This document shows positions 25,946 to 35,354 of a DNA stretch of 64,000 bases, piece after piece. The notes beneath the pieces were generated by a model. It was given only the letters and a program-made list of their open reading frames with translations. It was not told where the DNA came from and ran no database searches. Numbering within the stretch: position 1 is the first letter of the stretch; each line of letters begins with the position of its first letter. The DNA lies in assembly GCA_964653595.1 (NCBI GenBank), contig CAZZHH010000003.1, positions 37,957-101,956 on the forward strand, given 5' to 3'. The position numbers and the translations under genes were made by a program. The stretch is from an uncultured Lentimicrobiaceae bacterium. GTDB lineage: Bacteria; Bacteroidota; Bacteroidia; Bacteroidales; WCHB1-69.

Positions 25946-26326
25946 TTATTCATTTCTTTTTACTAAACAGAATATCCAATCGTCAGCGGATTCACAGTCT
26001 ACACAAATGTGTTTACCTGTATAGACTATGCTTTTACTAAAACTATACTGTCCACAAAATTCACCTTCGCGGATTTTCAATTTCTTTTTACCATAATCGT
26101 TCAATCCGTTACAAACCTTATGGAACGCACCTGTTTCTTTTTTATAAGCTAAAACAAAACACATGCCTTTATCAATTTGACCATTGTAGAATATATCTTC
26201 ACGTTTAACTTTGGTCTTATTCGGCAATTCAGCAAGTCCGTAGAATGAATAATAAACTTGTAAAGACGTTAAAGTTTGTAATACTTCAATTACATTGGAT
26301 TTTCTTTTTACATCAATTTCGTTCAT
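25946..26326 (-). CDS. hypothetical protein (126 aa)
   Basis: Own promoter and AAGAAAGGAAAG SD; stop lies inside the next promoter motif. Confidence 0.75.
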   Translation of the reverse strand: MNEIDVKRKSNVIEVLQTLTSLQVYYSFYGLAELPNKTKVKREDIFYNGQIDKGMCFVLAYKKETGAFHKVCNGLNDYGKKKLKIREGEFCGQYSFSKSIVYTGKHICVDCESADDWIFCLVKRNE

Positions 26327-26384
26327 TGTTCTTTCCTTTCTTGTTATTTACTACAATCGGGGTTACTTTTTATTCATCAATTTT

Positions 26385-26423
26385 CACTAAAAATAATGGC
26401 GTCTGGTGCGAAAACCAAACGCC
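26385..26423 (-). terminator. intrinsic terminator after the mosaic gene
   Basis: 10-bp stem (one G-U, so minus-strand specific) then ATTATTTTT. Confidence 0.7.
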
Positions 26424-26430
26424 ACATTTA

Positions 26431-26798
26431 CTAATTCAACCGTGCCACAATGAATTCATGACGTTCTGTTCCGTCTTCCACATATCCCTTTGTACCTCCG
26501 TAAAGCTGATTGACTTCACGGTAAATTACTCTTTCGTTGAAATACTTTTCAGCCATAAACTGACCAATCTCTTTCGGGCTGACAATCTTGTTATAGCCCT
26601 TGGCTTTCAACCACTGACAGATTTCTTTGATATTGGTTGTAATTTTCGTTCCGTTCCATCTTCTTCACGTAAAAACAAACCGACTTGACGTTCGTCGAAA
26701 TTACTCATCAAGTCATACTTTTTAATAAAGACCTCGGTGGGATGAAGTGGGTATTCCTGCTGAAACACCTTGACTTTGAATGTAACAATCTGACTCAT
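26431..26798 (-). pseudogene. mosaic/frame-broken gene (N-terminus of the 12013..12567 family fused to unrelated sequence)
   Basis: Track ORF 26607..26798 stops at 26607. A different frame continues (..EICQWLKAKGYNKIVSPKEIGQFMAEKY..GTERHEFIVARLN) to 26431 without its own start. A 36-bp repeat lies at the junction. Confidence 0.4.
26647..26682. repeat. 36-bp perfect direct repeat, copy 1
   Basis: CGTTCCGTTCCATCTTCTTCACGTAAAAACAAACCG; copy 2 at 26905-26940. Confidence 0.8.
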
Positions 26799-26846
26799 TT
26801 GTTTTTCCCTTTCATTTTGTACTATACAATCAACACTGGATTTTAT

Positions 26847-27032
26847 TCACAATTTGTTATTTTTAATGTTACACATTTCAAGGATTTCTTCCAGTTCTAA
26901 TTTCCGTTCCGTTCCATCTTCTTCACGTAAAAACAAACCGCCTTGACATTTTGGTGCTTCAGTGACTTCTGCACCATGCTTTTTTATTACTTCATAGGTT
27001 CTTTCATAATTAATTACTTTTTTCGAATCCAT
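26847..27032 (-). CDS. hypothetical protein (61 aa)
   Basis: AGAGG SD; C-terminal GGLFLREEDGTERKL block repeated at 26.65 kb. Confidence 0.55.
   Translation of the reverse strand: MDSKKVINYERTYEVIKKHGAEVTEAPKCQGGLFLREEDGTERKLELEEILEMCNIKNNKL
26905..26940. repeat. 36-bp perfect direct repeat, copy 2
   Basis: Identical to 26647-26682; encodes GLFLREEDGTER in both ORFs. Confidence 0.8.
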
Positions 27033-27062
27033 TATTACAACCTCTTCATTGTCAAACTCATA

Positions 27063-27425
27063 TTAGGCACGTCCAATATTGTTTATTACGTCAAAAAACT
27101 TTTTCAACGCGCACTTTTCATCTGCATCCTGATTAACAATATAGAACAAGCCAAAACACGCACCGTGTTCAAATACCCATTCGTCTTGCACGTTTTTTGT
27201 TTTATTCACGCCTTTTTTATTAAATTTCTTCCTCGATACACACAATTGATTCTTTTCATTCAAATAAGTGTTGTATAATTCATTGGCAAAACCCAATTGA
27301 TAAAACACACAAACATTTAAGTTGTTTTTTAATAATTCAATTGCTTGTTTAGTGGAACACTGCATCAGCGGTTTGACACCAAAACTTCCGCACACTGCTT
27401 CAAATATTGAGTCGTGGTCACTCAT
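27063..27425 (-). CDS. hypothetical protein (120 aa)
   Basis: GAAAGGAC SD; overlaps the end of 27418..27678. Confidence 0.7.
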   Translation of the reverse strand: MSDHDSIFEAVCGSFGVKPLMQCSTKQAIELLKNNLNVCVFYQLGFANELYNTYLNEKNQLCVSRKKFNKKGVNKTKNVQDEWVFEHGACFGLFYIVNQDADEKCALKKFFDVINNIGRA

Positions 27426-27678
27426 CTGATTGTCCTTTCAGTTCTTTAATAGATAATTCTTTGATGAACTTGCCGTCTTTCACAATAACGATCTTTTCAG
27501 TTCGCTCCATCAGGTCTTTATGCCAGCAGATTCCTGAATTCTTTTGAAAATATGCTTTGAATTGTTTTTCTACTGTTTCAAGTTTCGCATAGCTGTAATC
27601 GACCCAATCTTGTACTTTGTTGCTTCCGATATACTGCACGGAAAACGTTACCTTTTTAGGCTTCGCACGGAATGGCAT
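27418..27678 (-). CDS. hypothetical protein (86 aa)
   Basis: Own promoter; GAAAGGAAAC SD. Confidence 0.7.
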   Translation of the reverse strand: MPFRAKPKKVTFSVQYIGSNKVQDWVDYSYAKLETVEKQFKAYFQKNSGICWHKDLMERTEKIVIVKDGKFIKELSIKELKGQSDE

Positions 27679-27749
27679 TGTTCTGTTTCCTTTCTGTTTC
27701 CTTTCTGTATCTAATACAATTGAACCGAATCTTTATTCACAATTTGTTA

Positions 27750-28076
27750 TTATCCTGCGGAAACAAGTCCGATTTCGTAGCAAAATCCCAAGAATTCCCT
27801 GTCGAGGTCAAATTCGTCAACATCATAACACGTATGCTCTGCACGCCATTCAATCAATTTTGCACGCTTGCCGTCTGTAATGTTTTTATCCCAACAATAA
27901 CGGTCACGAATGGTAATACTCCCGCCATCATCAGTAAAGAATTGCTCCAACTGTCCTACCGTTTTAATTTCGTTGTTAAAAACACATGAGGCAGGTAAGC
28001 TTTTATTGGCATAACTGTCAAAGTATTTACACATCCATTCGTGTGCTGTTAATTTTCTGTTCATTTTTATTTCCAT
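27750..28076 (-). CDS. hypothetical protein (~104-108 aa)
   Basis: Own promoter; alternative start ATG 28062-28064 has the better GGAAA spacing. Confidence 0.7.
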   Translation of the reverse strand: MEIKMNRKLTAHEWMCKYFDSYANKSLPASCVFNNEIKTVGQLEQFFTDDGGSITIRDRYCWDKNITDGKRAKLIEWRAEHTCYDVDEFDLDREFLGFCYEIGLVSAG

Positions 28077-28134
28077 TTTATTTTGTAATACCTAATACCA
28101 TTGACGATAAATTTTATTCACAAATTTTGAATAA

Positions 28135-28767
28135 CTACACAACTTTTCTTTCGTCACGGGCAAAACGGAAGTATGGATGGACAAAATAATCCTTGACGCT
28201 CTCTGGTAACCTGTCTGCATTTTTAATGACAAATTCTTCAAAAACATCGACATTGCTTTGCGATTCCATAAAGTCACAATAATTATTGACTTTCAGAAAC
28301 AGACTTCCAATCATCATATTGACTTTGCGTTCAGCACTTGGGCATTCAAGCAAACAACGTTCAAGGGCTTTTTTTATGAATTTCTTATCTTTAGCAAACA
28401 CGATATTCTTAAACGCCTGTGTAATTGCTTCAGTTCGCTTTGTGTGCGAATAGATTTTCCCAATTGCACTGTTGAGGTATTGCGGTTTCAAAACGTACCC
28501 ATGAATATTGAACATCACGTTTTCAAAAGAGTTTGTGTTATTTGGCGAATTGGTTTTGTAATAGTAAGCCAAGTTCTTATATTTATATCTCAAGAAGTTC
28601 TTTGATTCATTTTCATATCTGTTTGACAGGTGTCTGTAATACACATACGCCAACACCAAACATCTAAGTTTTTCATCAAGTTCTTCTTTGCTGATTGACT
28701 GAACGACATTCCATTTCTCTACATATCCCTCATGAATATGGAATAGCGGTTCCACAGTAGAATTCAT
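28135..28767 (-). CDS. Fam-E paralog (unknown function)
   Basis: HEGYVEKWNVVQSI..YVYYRHLSNRYENESK aligns with 21474..22103; AGGAAAGG SD. Confidence 0.8.
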   Translation of the reverse strand: MNSTVEPLFHIHEGYVEKWNVVQSISKEELDEKLRCLVLAYVYYRHLSNRYENESKNFLRYKYKNLAYYYKTNSPNNTNSFENVMFNIHGYVLKPQYLNSAIGKIYSHTKRTEAITQAFKNIVFAKDKKFIKKALERCLLECPSAERKVNMMIGSLFLKVNNYCDFMESQSNVDVFEEFVIKNADRLPESVKDYFVHPYFRFARDERKVV

Positions 28768-28773
28768 TTTTCA

Positions 28774-28872
28774 TTATCCTTTCCTAATAGCCCACAAGGC
28801 AGTTAATACCAAAGCCCAGTAGATGATATATAAAACATTATAAACGCCGTCAAAAGCGCCTTTATTCTTCAT
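28774..28872 (-). CDS. small membrane peptide (32 aa), partner of Fam-E gene
   Basis: AAAGGAC SD + ATG 28870-28872, own promoter; MKNKGAFDGVYNVLYIIYWALVLTALWAIRKG, paralog of 22100..22210. Confidence 0.5.
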   Translation of the reverse strand: MKNKGAFDGVYNVLYIIYWALVLTALWAIRKG

Positions 28873-28945
28873 TTACAGCTGTCCTTTATCTTTATTCGTT
28901 TGTTATGATAAATACCGTTGAGCGTGAGATTTATTCACGGTTTAT

Positions 28946-28978
28946 AAAAAAAATCGCAACGAATATACCGTTGCGATT
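28946..28978 (-). terminator. intrinsic terminator after 29066..29305
   Basis: AATCGCAAC-loop-GTTGCGATT followed by T8. Confidence 0.8.
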
Positions 28979-29065
28979 ATGAGCTTAATAAGAATAATAT
29001 AACATTGCGCTAAGTTGGTGTTTCCGCTTGACCTTCAATCATTTTCATAGTGTGCGTTTTAGTAG

Positions 29066-29305
29066 TCATTTTGAATCTCCTTCGTTCTTGGGCGGTGCGC
29101 CTTGCCACCACATTAATTTTCCGCCGCTATATCGTTTTTCAAAGTTAGCTTTGGTTCCAGTGTAACAGATAACTTCAATATCGCATTTGCTACATTTTAG
29201 TGAATGGAATGTGCAGTAGTGAATTCCGTTTTTTCTTTCGTGAATCAAACCAACTGTTTTGTGTTCATATACCATTTCACCGTTACATTTCTTACATGTA
29301 CACAT
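29066..29305 (-). CDS. small zinc-ribbon protein
   Basis: CTCKKCNG ... CSKCD cysteine pairs; GAGGAGGAAG SD; TAATG coupling to 29305..29856. Confidence 0.65.
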   Translation of the reverse strand: MCTCKKCNGEMVYEHKTVGLIHERKNGIHYCTFHSLKCSKCDIEVICYTGTKANFEKRYSGGKLMWWQGAPPKNEGDSK

Positions 29306-29856
29306 TATTCTTCCTCCTCAATTTCTTGTCCATAGCAACTGTCAAGGAATTCTTGATAGTTGCCAACATCAAGAAAATCTTCCATGCCGTTTGAGTCATG
29401 TTCAATGTTATATTGAGTATCGCAATCTTCACAGGTTGTTTCCAAGTATTCCACACCGCCAACAATACGCTCAAAGGGGTTTTGGTTGGTGCTTCCGTAT
29501 TGACTTGCGATTTCATACCACCGCCGATATTGCTCAACGGGAATTGTAATGCAAAAGGCTTCTTTGCCATTGTCTTTGACCATCTGCACGAACCTTGGTG
29601 TTAAAACTTCGTGCGACCCTGTAATATCATTAAAACTCCGAACAAAGTGTCCGATACAAACTCCTGCAAGACAGCGGTAAAACTCGTTATATTTGAAATG
29701 ACTTGTAAGATATCGTAAGTGTTTTTCTTCCTTATCTTTGTCACTGTTTCTCATTTCTACAATTGCTTCCACTTCATTCTGCATGAAGATTTCTGCTTCC
29801 TGACGGCTTTCGCAGTTAAATATATTGGGAAAACCGATTGTTACTTCTGTATTCAT
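29305..29856 (-). CDS. Fam-A paralog (unknown function)
   Basis: VTIGFPNIFNCESRQEAE...ITGSHEVLTPRFVQM...FCITIPVEQYRRWYEIA. Confidence 0.8.
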   Translation of the reverse strand: MNTEVTIGFPNIFNCESRQEAEIFMQNEVEAIVEMRNSDKDKEEKHLRYLTSHFKYNEFYRCLAGVCIGHFVRSFNDITGSHEVLTPRFVQMVKDNGKEAFCITIPVEQYRRWYEIASQYGSTNQNPFERIVGGVEYLETTCEDCDTQYNIEHDSNGMEDFLDVGNYQEFLDSCYGQEIEEEE

Positions 29857-29892
29857 GATTCTTTATCTACCTTTCATTTTAGATACTGTATA

Positions 29893-30378
29893 TTACATTT
29901 GAGCTTGTGCTTTATTCACAATTTCTGAATCTTTTACATGATTAGCGAAGAATTTATCATTAGCCTTACGTGAGATGATAAGAAAATCATCTAACGACCA
30001 ACCCGTACACCACTTTGAAAAGACGTGATTGAATTGATGTTCACAAAGTGCGCTAATGAAAAGCATATCAACGGTTTTCACGTAATTACCGAATCCAGAC
30101 GCATTCTTTTGTTTAACTATTACGTCATATAGTTTATCAATAGTTTTCTGTACGTGCCATGAGTAAATCCCGTTTTTGATCTGTTCATGGACTTTCATAA
30201 GCGATACTCCGAAGTTCCAAACGTTTTCGGCTTGTTGTTCTGTGTATTCACGACTTGTGATGGCATGACAATGCATACATTCTCCATGGTACATTTTCGT
30301 TTTATCACCATGAGTATTTGTTTCGATAGTCATCACAATGATACCTTCATGATTACATAAGTTACAGCTGTTTAGCAT
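29893..30378 (-). CDS. Lar-like zinc-ribbon N-domain protein (Fam-O)
   Basis: CNLCNHEG...YHGECMHCHAITSREYTEQQAENVWNFG; C-terminal half aligns with 24155..24604; its last codons contain the next promoter. Confidence 0.7.
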   Translation of the reverse strand: MLNSCNLCNHEGIIVMTIETNTHGDKTKMYHGECMHCHAITSREYTEQQAENVWNFGVSLMKVHEQIKNGIYSWHVQKTIDKLYDVIVKQKNASGFGNYVKTVDMLFISALCEHQFNHVFSKWCTGWSLDDFLIISRKANDKFFANHVKDSEIVNKAQAQM

Positions 30379-30447
30379 ATTGTTTATTACCTTCCATTTA
30401 ATACAGTACCGTACATTTGAGTTGATATTTTATTCACAAATTGTTAA

Positions 30448-31668
30448 TTATTCGTTTGGTAATGTTTGTTTTTCATATTGAATATTTTCTTCAGACGGTT
30501 CGCTCAATGAAAATTTACACGTTCCGTCATTGAAGTATTTGACGAAAATTTCTTTATAAGAATCAGTGTTTAATGTAATAACGTCTGAAATGTCGTTAAG
30601 ATTGATTTTATCATAACTGTTTTCATCTGCCATGTAAATACTTCCACATTTTGATAATACGAATGTTGCGATTTTTGCTTTTGTTTTACTGACCACAACA
30701 TCTAAAACAGAAATAATATCTTTTTGGGATTTCTTTTCCCTATTGTCAAGAAGTTTAATCTCATGAACTCCATCATCTTCATCCTCATCTTCATCATCTT
30801 TTGGAATCACAAGAATGTTTTTGTAAAAACTACCAGTATCAGTGATAATATCGTCAATTGATTTCCCGTACGTTTCAGTATCTGTCAAGATATAGTAATC
30901 ACAAACATAATTTTTATTTTCTGTGTCTAAGATTGGTACCATGGTCGGCATTTCAACTGCGTTTTCCGTGAGCCATTTTTCAAGGTCAAACGTGTCACTC
31001 ATATTCATTTCATGATTTTCAACTTCTTCAACCATTCTTGCTGTCAGTTCGAAATAACGGTCTTCAGACAAAAAGCAAGGATACTCCACAATTCCAACTT
31101 GGTCATTAAGTTCCAGTCTGCATGTTCCGTCACGTAAACGTTCTACAAAAATATTGTGTTTGTCCTTTGAGATAAACGCAAACCCTACAACATAGTTTTC
31201 GTTCGGATTACAGCGGTCATTGCACAATTCATAATAATAATTGGCAAATAAATTATCCTGTCTGTAACCGTCAATGTCACGTGAATAAACATAACAATCG
31301 TTATAAAAGTAATTCTCGTTAGGATATTTTTTTTCGTCAATAAATCCAAAATTATCGACGCTGTAATATTTATTTTGTGAATTCGTGTTGATAGGTACGT
31401 TATATTCCACCTCTTTGAAATGGTTTTTCATCCAATTCGTAACATTAAATGGCGTGTCTCCGCATCTGCGTTTTTTTACATCGTTTATTTCTTTTTCTGT
31501 CGCAATGTAAATATATTGATTGTGTTTTTGCCAAAAACACGGTTTGAGTTGAACGTTATTGCTATCCCCTTTACAAACTGTGCCGTCTTTCAAAAGTACT
31601 ACAAACTGCATATCTTTACTGTCGCATCTTCCGAAAACATAATCTTGGCTGGGTGTAACTAATTCCAT
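30448..31668 (-). CDS. Fam-D paralog (unknown function, internally duplicated)
   Basis: 406 aa; VVLLKDGTVCKGDSNNVQLKPCFW and RLRDGTCRLEL / FNDGTCKFSL repeats; paralog of 34410..35282. Confidence 0.8.
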   Translation of the reverse strand: MELVTPSQDYVFGRCDSKDMQFVVLLKDGTVCKGDSNNVQLKPCFWQKHNQYIYIATEKEINDVKKRRCGDTPFNVTNWMKNHFKEVEYNVPINTNSQNKYYSVDNFGFIDEKKYPNENYFYNDCYVYSRDIDGYRQDNLFANYYYELCNDRCNPNENYVVGFAFISKDKHNIFVERLRDGTCRLELNDQVGIVEYPCFLSEDRYFELTARMVEEVENHEMNMSDTFDLEKWLTENAVEMPTMVPILDTENKNYVCDYYILTDTETYGKSIDDIITDTGSFYKNILVIPKDDEDEDEDDGVHEIKLLDNREKKSQKDIISVLDVVVSKTKAKIATFVLSKCGSIYMADENSYDKINLNDISDVITLNTDSYKEIFVKYFNDGTCKFSLSEPSEENIQYEKQTLPNE

Positions 31669-31734
31669 TTTTCTATCTACCTTTCATTTTAGATATTTGA
31701 TACTACAATTGAAGATGTACTTTATTCACAAATT

Positions 31735-31770
31735 ATAAAAAATTCAGGCTGGGTATTTCACCAACCTGAA
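31735..31770 (-). terminator. intrinsic terminator after 31776..32384
   Basis: TTCAGGTTGG-loop-CCAGCCTGAA then TTTTTT. Confidence 0.75.
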
Positions 31771-31775
31771 TTGTT

Positions 31776-32384
31776 TTAACTCTCATCGTCAATAAATTCT
31801 TTTGCTTCAAGAATTGAACGCTCAATAATGTCTTTATCATCGTCTTTAAATCCCCAATCCACAATACGTATTTCTGTATCAAGATATGCGACGGTTGCGT
31901 AAAGTTCATTGTTTTCGTTTCTGTCAATCGATTCAATGGTTTCTTCAAGGAATTGTAAAGACTGTTCTTCTGTCCATCCGTTTTTCGTTGCGTCTTCACG
32001 TGTAATATAAATAAATCCAGCCAATCCCGAATCGAATGTATCATTAAACGGGTGTACGGAGAATCGTTTACAACTATGAATTAACATATAAACAGGCAAG
32101 AAAATGCAATCACGCTCTTTCAATTCCTGTTCCAATTCTTTTACGGAAGTAATGTGACTCATACATTCTTCTGTTTTATGGCATAATCCCATGTTATGAT
32201 TGCGCAATATTGTATGGATACGAATATTGTTTTCGCCTACAACTTCTGCGATTTCCATTGTCCATGGTTTAACAACAATATATCCGCCTTTATAGGGCTC
32301 CGTATAAATGGCACCTTCCACCATTTCTCTCAATTCGGAAAGACGGCTTTCAAGTAACCGAATTTCTTTTTCAATTTCATTCAT
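31776..32384 (-). CDS. Fam-C paralog (unknown function)
   Basis: CIFLPVY...FDSGLAGFIYITRED...ELYATVAY...DWGF; paralog of 33745..34356. Confidence 0.8.
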   Translation of the reverse strand: MNEIEKEIRLLESRLSELREMVEGAIYTEPYKGGYIVVKPWTMEIAEVVGENNIRIHTILRNHNMGLCHKTEECMSHITSVKELEQELKERDCIFLPVYMLIHSCKRFSVHPFNDTFDSGLAGFIYITREDATKNGWTEEQSLQFLEETIESIDRNENNELYATVAYLDTEIRIVDWGFKDDDKDIIERSILEAKEFIDDES

Positions 32385-32451
32385 TTTTTTATCTACCTTT
32401 CATTTTAGATATTACTTACTACAATTGAAGATGTACTTTATTCACAAAATA

Positions 32452-32487
32452 TAAAAAATTCGGATTGTTCACTTCACCAATCCGAAT
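32452..32487 (-). terminator. intrinsic terminator after 32494..33030
   Basis: TTCGGATTG-loop-CAATCCGAA then TTTTTT. Confidence 0.75.
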
Positions 32488-32493
32488 AGTTCT

Positions 32494-33030
32494 TTACAAC
32501 GAAATGCATATTTTGTAAATATCATTAAGTCTTTTGTAATATTGTTCTTTATCCATAATCATAAAGTCTCTGATCGAAAATGAAGTTTGTAGCATATCAT
32601 CGACTATCTTTTCTTTCATTTCGAACATATTTTCCACGATTGCAGCGAATGGTGTCGCGTTTTGGGTTGCGTGATTAAAAAATTCTTCCGCAAGGATTTC
32701 CCATTTATCCGCATCATCTTGTGAAATACTAATCAGAAACGATTGACCTTCGTTTTCCGATTTTACGTATTCATAATCCAAGGATTCGTTTGTCTCTTTT
32801 ACAAAGTTAAACCAATCGACAAACCCCTTAATGGTAACCTTGGCAACAGCTTCACGATATTTTTCAACAGAAAGCAACGTTTCAGCAAAATCGGCATGTG
32901 CTTGCGACAATTCAATAGGCGGGTTGTACAATCTCTGAAAGTGCGTTATTTCCTCTTGTACCATGCCAAAAATATTCGCTTCCTCATAGTCACGATAAAC
33001 GTTTGGGAAACTTACCTGAATTTTGTTCAT
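32494..33030 (-). CDS. Fam-A paralog (unknown function)
   Basis: IQVSFPNVYRDYEEANIF...ETNESLDYEYVKS...FLISISQDDADKWEILA. Confidence 0.8.
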   Translation of the reverse strand: MNKIQVSFPNVYRDYEEANIFGMVQEEITHFQRLYNPPIELSQAHADFAETLLSVEKYREAVAKVTIKGFVDWFNFVKETNESLDYEYVKSENEGQSFLISISQDDADKWEILAEEFFNHATQNATPFAAIVENMFEMKEKIVDDMLQTSFSIRDFMIMDKEQYYKRLNDIYKICISL

Positions 33031-33086
33031 TTTTTATCTACCTTTCATTTTAGATACTGTATATTACAATTAAGGTTGTACTTTAT

Positions 33087-33638
33087 TCACAAAATATCAA
33101 TTCCTAATTCTTCAACGGCATCCTTATGGATAACTTCACACATGACGGCTTCAAGGATATCGGCAATATTAACTTCTCTTTTGTAATCTTCACGTATGCG
33201 CTTCAATCCTTCCTTACTCAAGAAAACAGAATCCTCGTTATTGCAAAAGATATCATTGGCGATATGCAGTAAAACACTGTTTTTGAGAAACAACATTCCT
33301 TTTACAACTTTATCCAATGAATTTTTCAAGACCGCATGATACATAAGAGTATAAAGCAACTTACTGCCTTGACAATTTTCGATTTTACATCCGATTTCCG
33401 TGAGCAACTTTTTATTTTCTCGAATATAGTCTTCCATTTCGCTATCACTTTGCGCCTTTTCAGACTTTTCTATATGATTGAAACACCTTTGCCCAGCCTC
33501 ATAAAAATTCGGGCTCGTTTCGTTAACGCCATCACTGTCACAGAATCCCATAACGAAAGCAAGAACGTCATTCTCAACTTCCTGATTGTTCTGCATTACT
33601 TTGAATCCTAAATCCGACAAATACTGAAATTCATTCAT
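33087..33638 (-). CDS. Fam-B paralog (unknown function)
   Basis: LSDLGFKVMQNNQEVENDVLAFVMGFCDSDG. Confidence 0.8.
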   Translation of the reverse strand: MNEFQYLSDLGFKVMQNNQEVENDVLAFVMGFCDSDGVNETSPNFYEAGQRCFNHIEKSEKAQSDSEMEDYIRENKKLLTEIGCKIENCQGSKLLYTLMYHAVLKNSLDKVVKGMLFLKNSVLLHIANDIFCNNEDSVFLSKEGLKRIREDYKREVNIADILEAVMCEVIHKDAVEELGIDIL

Positions 33639-33704
33639 TTTTCATCTACCTTTCATTTTAGATATTACGTATTACAATTGAGATTGCACTTTATTCACAA
33701 AATA

Positions 33705-33738
33705 TAAAAAACTCAGGTTGGGTATTTCACCAACCTGA
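33705..33738 (-). terminator. intrinsic terminator after 33745..34356
   Basis: TCAGGTTGG-loop-CCAACCTGA then GTTTTTT. Confidence 0.75.
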
Positions 33739-33744
33739 ATTATC

Positions 33745-34356
33745 TTAATATTCCGAATCAATAAACCTTCTTGCCTCTTTGATTTGACGGTCAATCTCTT
33801 CGGTATTGTTTACGTCAAAGCCCCAATCAATAATGTCTTTGCCTTCACTTCCGTAAACAACAGTTGTGTAAAGTTCATCATTTTGGTTTTTGTCGATAAT
33901 GTCAATGACTTTTCTCATGTAGTTTAGACACTGTTCTTCGTTTTCATAACCGACCTCTTCAAAGCCCTCACGTGTCATGTAGATGTAACCCGTCAATCCT
34001 GAATCCCACTGGCAACCAAACGGTTTGGTTGATAATCTTGTACATCCATGGCGATAACCATATACGGGAAGGAAAATACACTGACGCTCTTTCAGTACGT
34101 TTGATAAATTACTTTCACGAACAGAACAATCGTCCTCCTCGTTGTAATCAAACAGTTTTGTTGTAATGTGCAAGGCGCTATCACTAATCAATTCTTCAAT
34201 ATCCATTTGTTCTGGTTTTATAGTGATATAACAACCTTTATTCTTTTCAATATAAACCGAACCGTCTGAAACCTGTTCTAAAAAATTGAGACGCCTACGA
34301 AGTGACTTAATCTCGTTCTTGATTTCTTCGTAAATCTCTTCGCTGATTTCGTTCAT
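33745..34356 (-). CDS. Fam-C paralog (unknown function)
   Basis: CIFLPVYGYRH...WDSGLTGYIYMTREG...ELYTTVVY...DWGF. Confidence 0.8.
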   Translation of the reverse strand: MNEISEEIYEEIKNEIKSLRRRLNFLEQVSDGSVYIEKNKGCYITIKPEQMDIEELISDSALHITTKLFDYNEEDDCSVRESNLSNVLKERQCIFLPVYGYRHGCTRLSTKPFGCQWDSGLTGYIYMTREGFEEVGYENEEQCLNYMRKVIDIIDKNQNDELYTTVVYGSEGKDIIDWGFDVNNTEEIDRQIKEARRFIDSEY

Positions 34357-34409
34357 TTTTCTATCTACCTTTCATTTTAGATATTACTTACTACAATTGA
34401 AGATGTACT

Positions 34410-35282
34410 TTATTCACAAATTGTAAGCGAATTAAATCCGATAATGTCTTTATGTGTTTTTTCTTCATTATCTTCATCGAATAGAATTTCCATATCGTTT
34501 TCAGAATAGAATTTCCCCTTGTAAGAAATCATTGCGTCAATATGTTGTACAATATCATTGCCATCTTCTGAATAACAACCATAATCGTCAAGGTTTAAAG
34601 GCACATTATATTCTACTTCGGTAGCATTGTTCTCCAACCATTCTGAAGCGTCAATTTCTTCGCCGTTTTTCTCTGCTTGCTCTTTGCATTTTTGGAATTC
34701 ATCACATTGTTCTTGTGTCAATTTATAAACAAGACCCTCGTCTTCCCACACGCACAGCACTTCCCAATCCACATCCACTTTTCCGAGTTCCAATCTATGC
34801 GAACCGTCACGAAGGTGTTCAACAAAAACTTCGGTACCTACTGGAACCATTGCAATACCAACAGGACAATTGTCGTTTTCATTGTCATAATCGTTGTTGA
34901 GTTCGTAGTAAGTGTTTTCCTGTAAATCGGTATCATCTCCCATGTGAATATAACGATCCTGATAAAAATCCCTATTGTCAAAAATGGCTTCGCTAATATC
35001 ATTTTCATCTCTATTGAGTTCATAATAGAGTTTGCCATTGTTTGTATCAACAGATACTTCACAAGGTGCTTCTTCGCAGAGGTCTTCCAACCAATCTTCG
35101 GCATAAAACTCTTCACCATCACGCTTCTTTGCAATATAAAAAGCCTGTACTTCTGCATCTGTCATCATAAAGACTCTGTTTGCGTCAGTTAAATCAAAAC
35201 ATTCCTTACGTATAATATCACTTTTGTTTCCATATTCGATCGTCCCATCTTTAAACAATACTACCAATTGTGTGTTATTCAT
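34410..35282 (-). CDS. Fam-D paralog (unknown function)
   Basis: LVVLFKDGTIEYGNKSDIIRKECF; HLRDGSHRLEL. Confidence 0.8.
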   Translation of the reverse strand: MNNTQLVVLFKDGTIEYGNKSDIIRKECFDLTDANRVFMMTDAEVQAFYIAKKRDGEEFYAEDWLEDLCEEAPCEVSVDTNNGKLYYELNRDENDISEAIFDNRDFYQDRYIHMGDDTDLQENTYYELNNDYDNENDNCPVGIAMVPVGTEVFVEHLRDGSHRLELGKVDVDWEVLCVWEDEGLVYKLTQEQCDEFQKCKEQAEKNGEEIDASEWLENNATEVEYNVPLNLDDYGCYSEDGNDIVQHIDAMISYKGKFYSENDMEILFDEDNEEKTHKDIIGFNSLTICE

Positions 35283-35354
35283 TTTTTTATCTACCTTTCA
35301 TTTTAGATATTTGATACTACAATTGGGATTGTATTTTATTCATCAAATGCGAAT

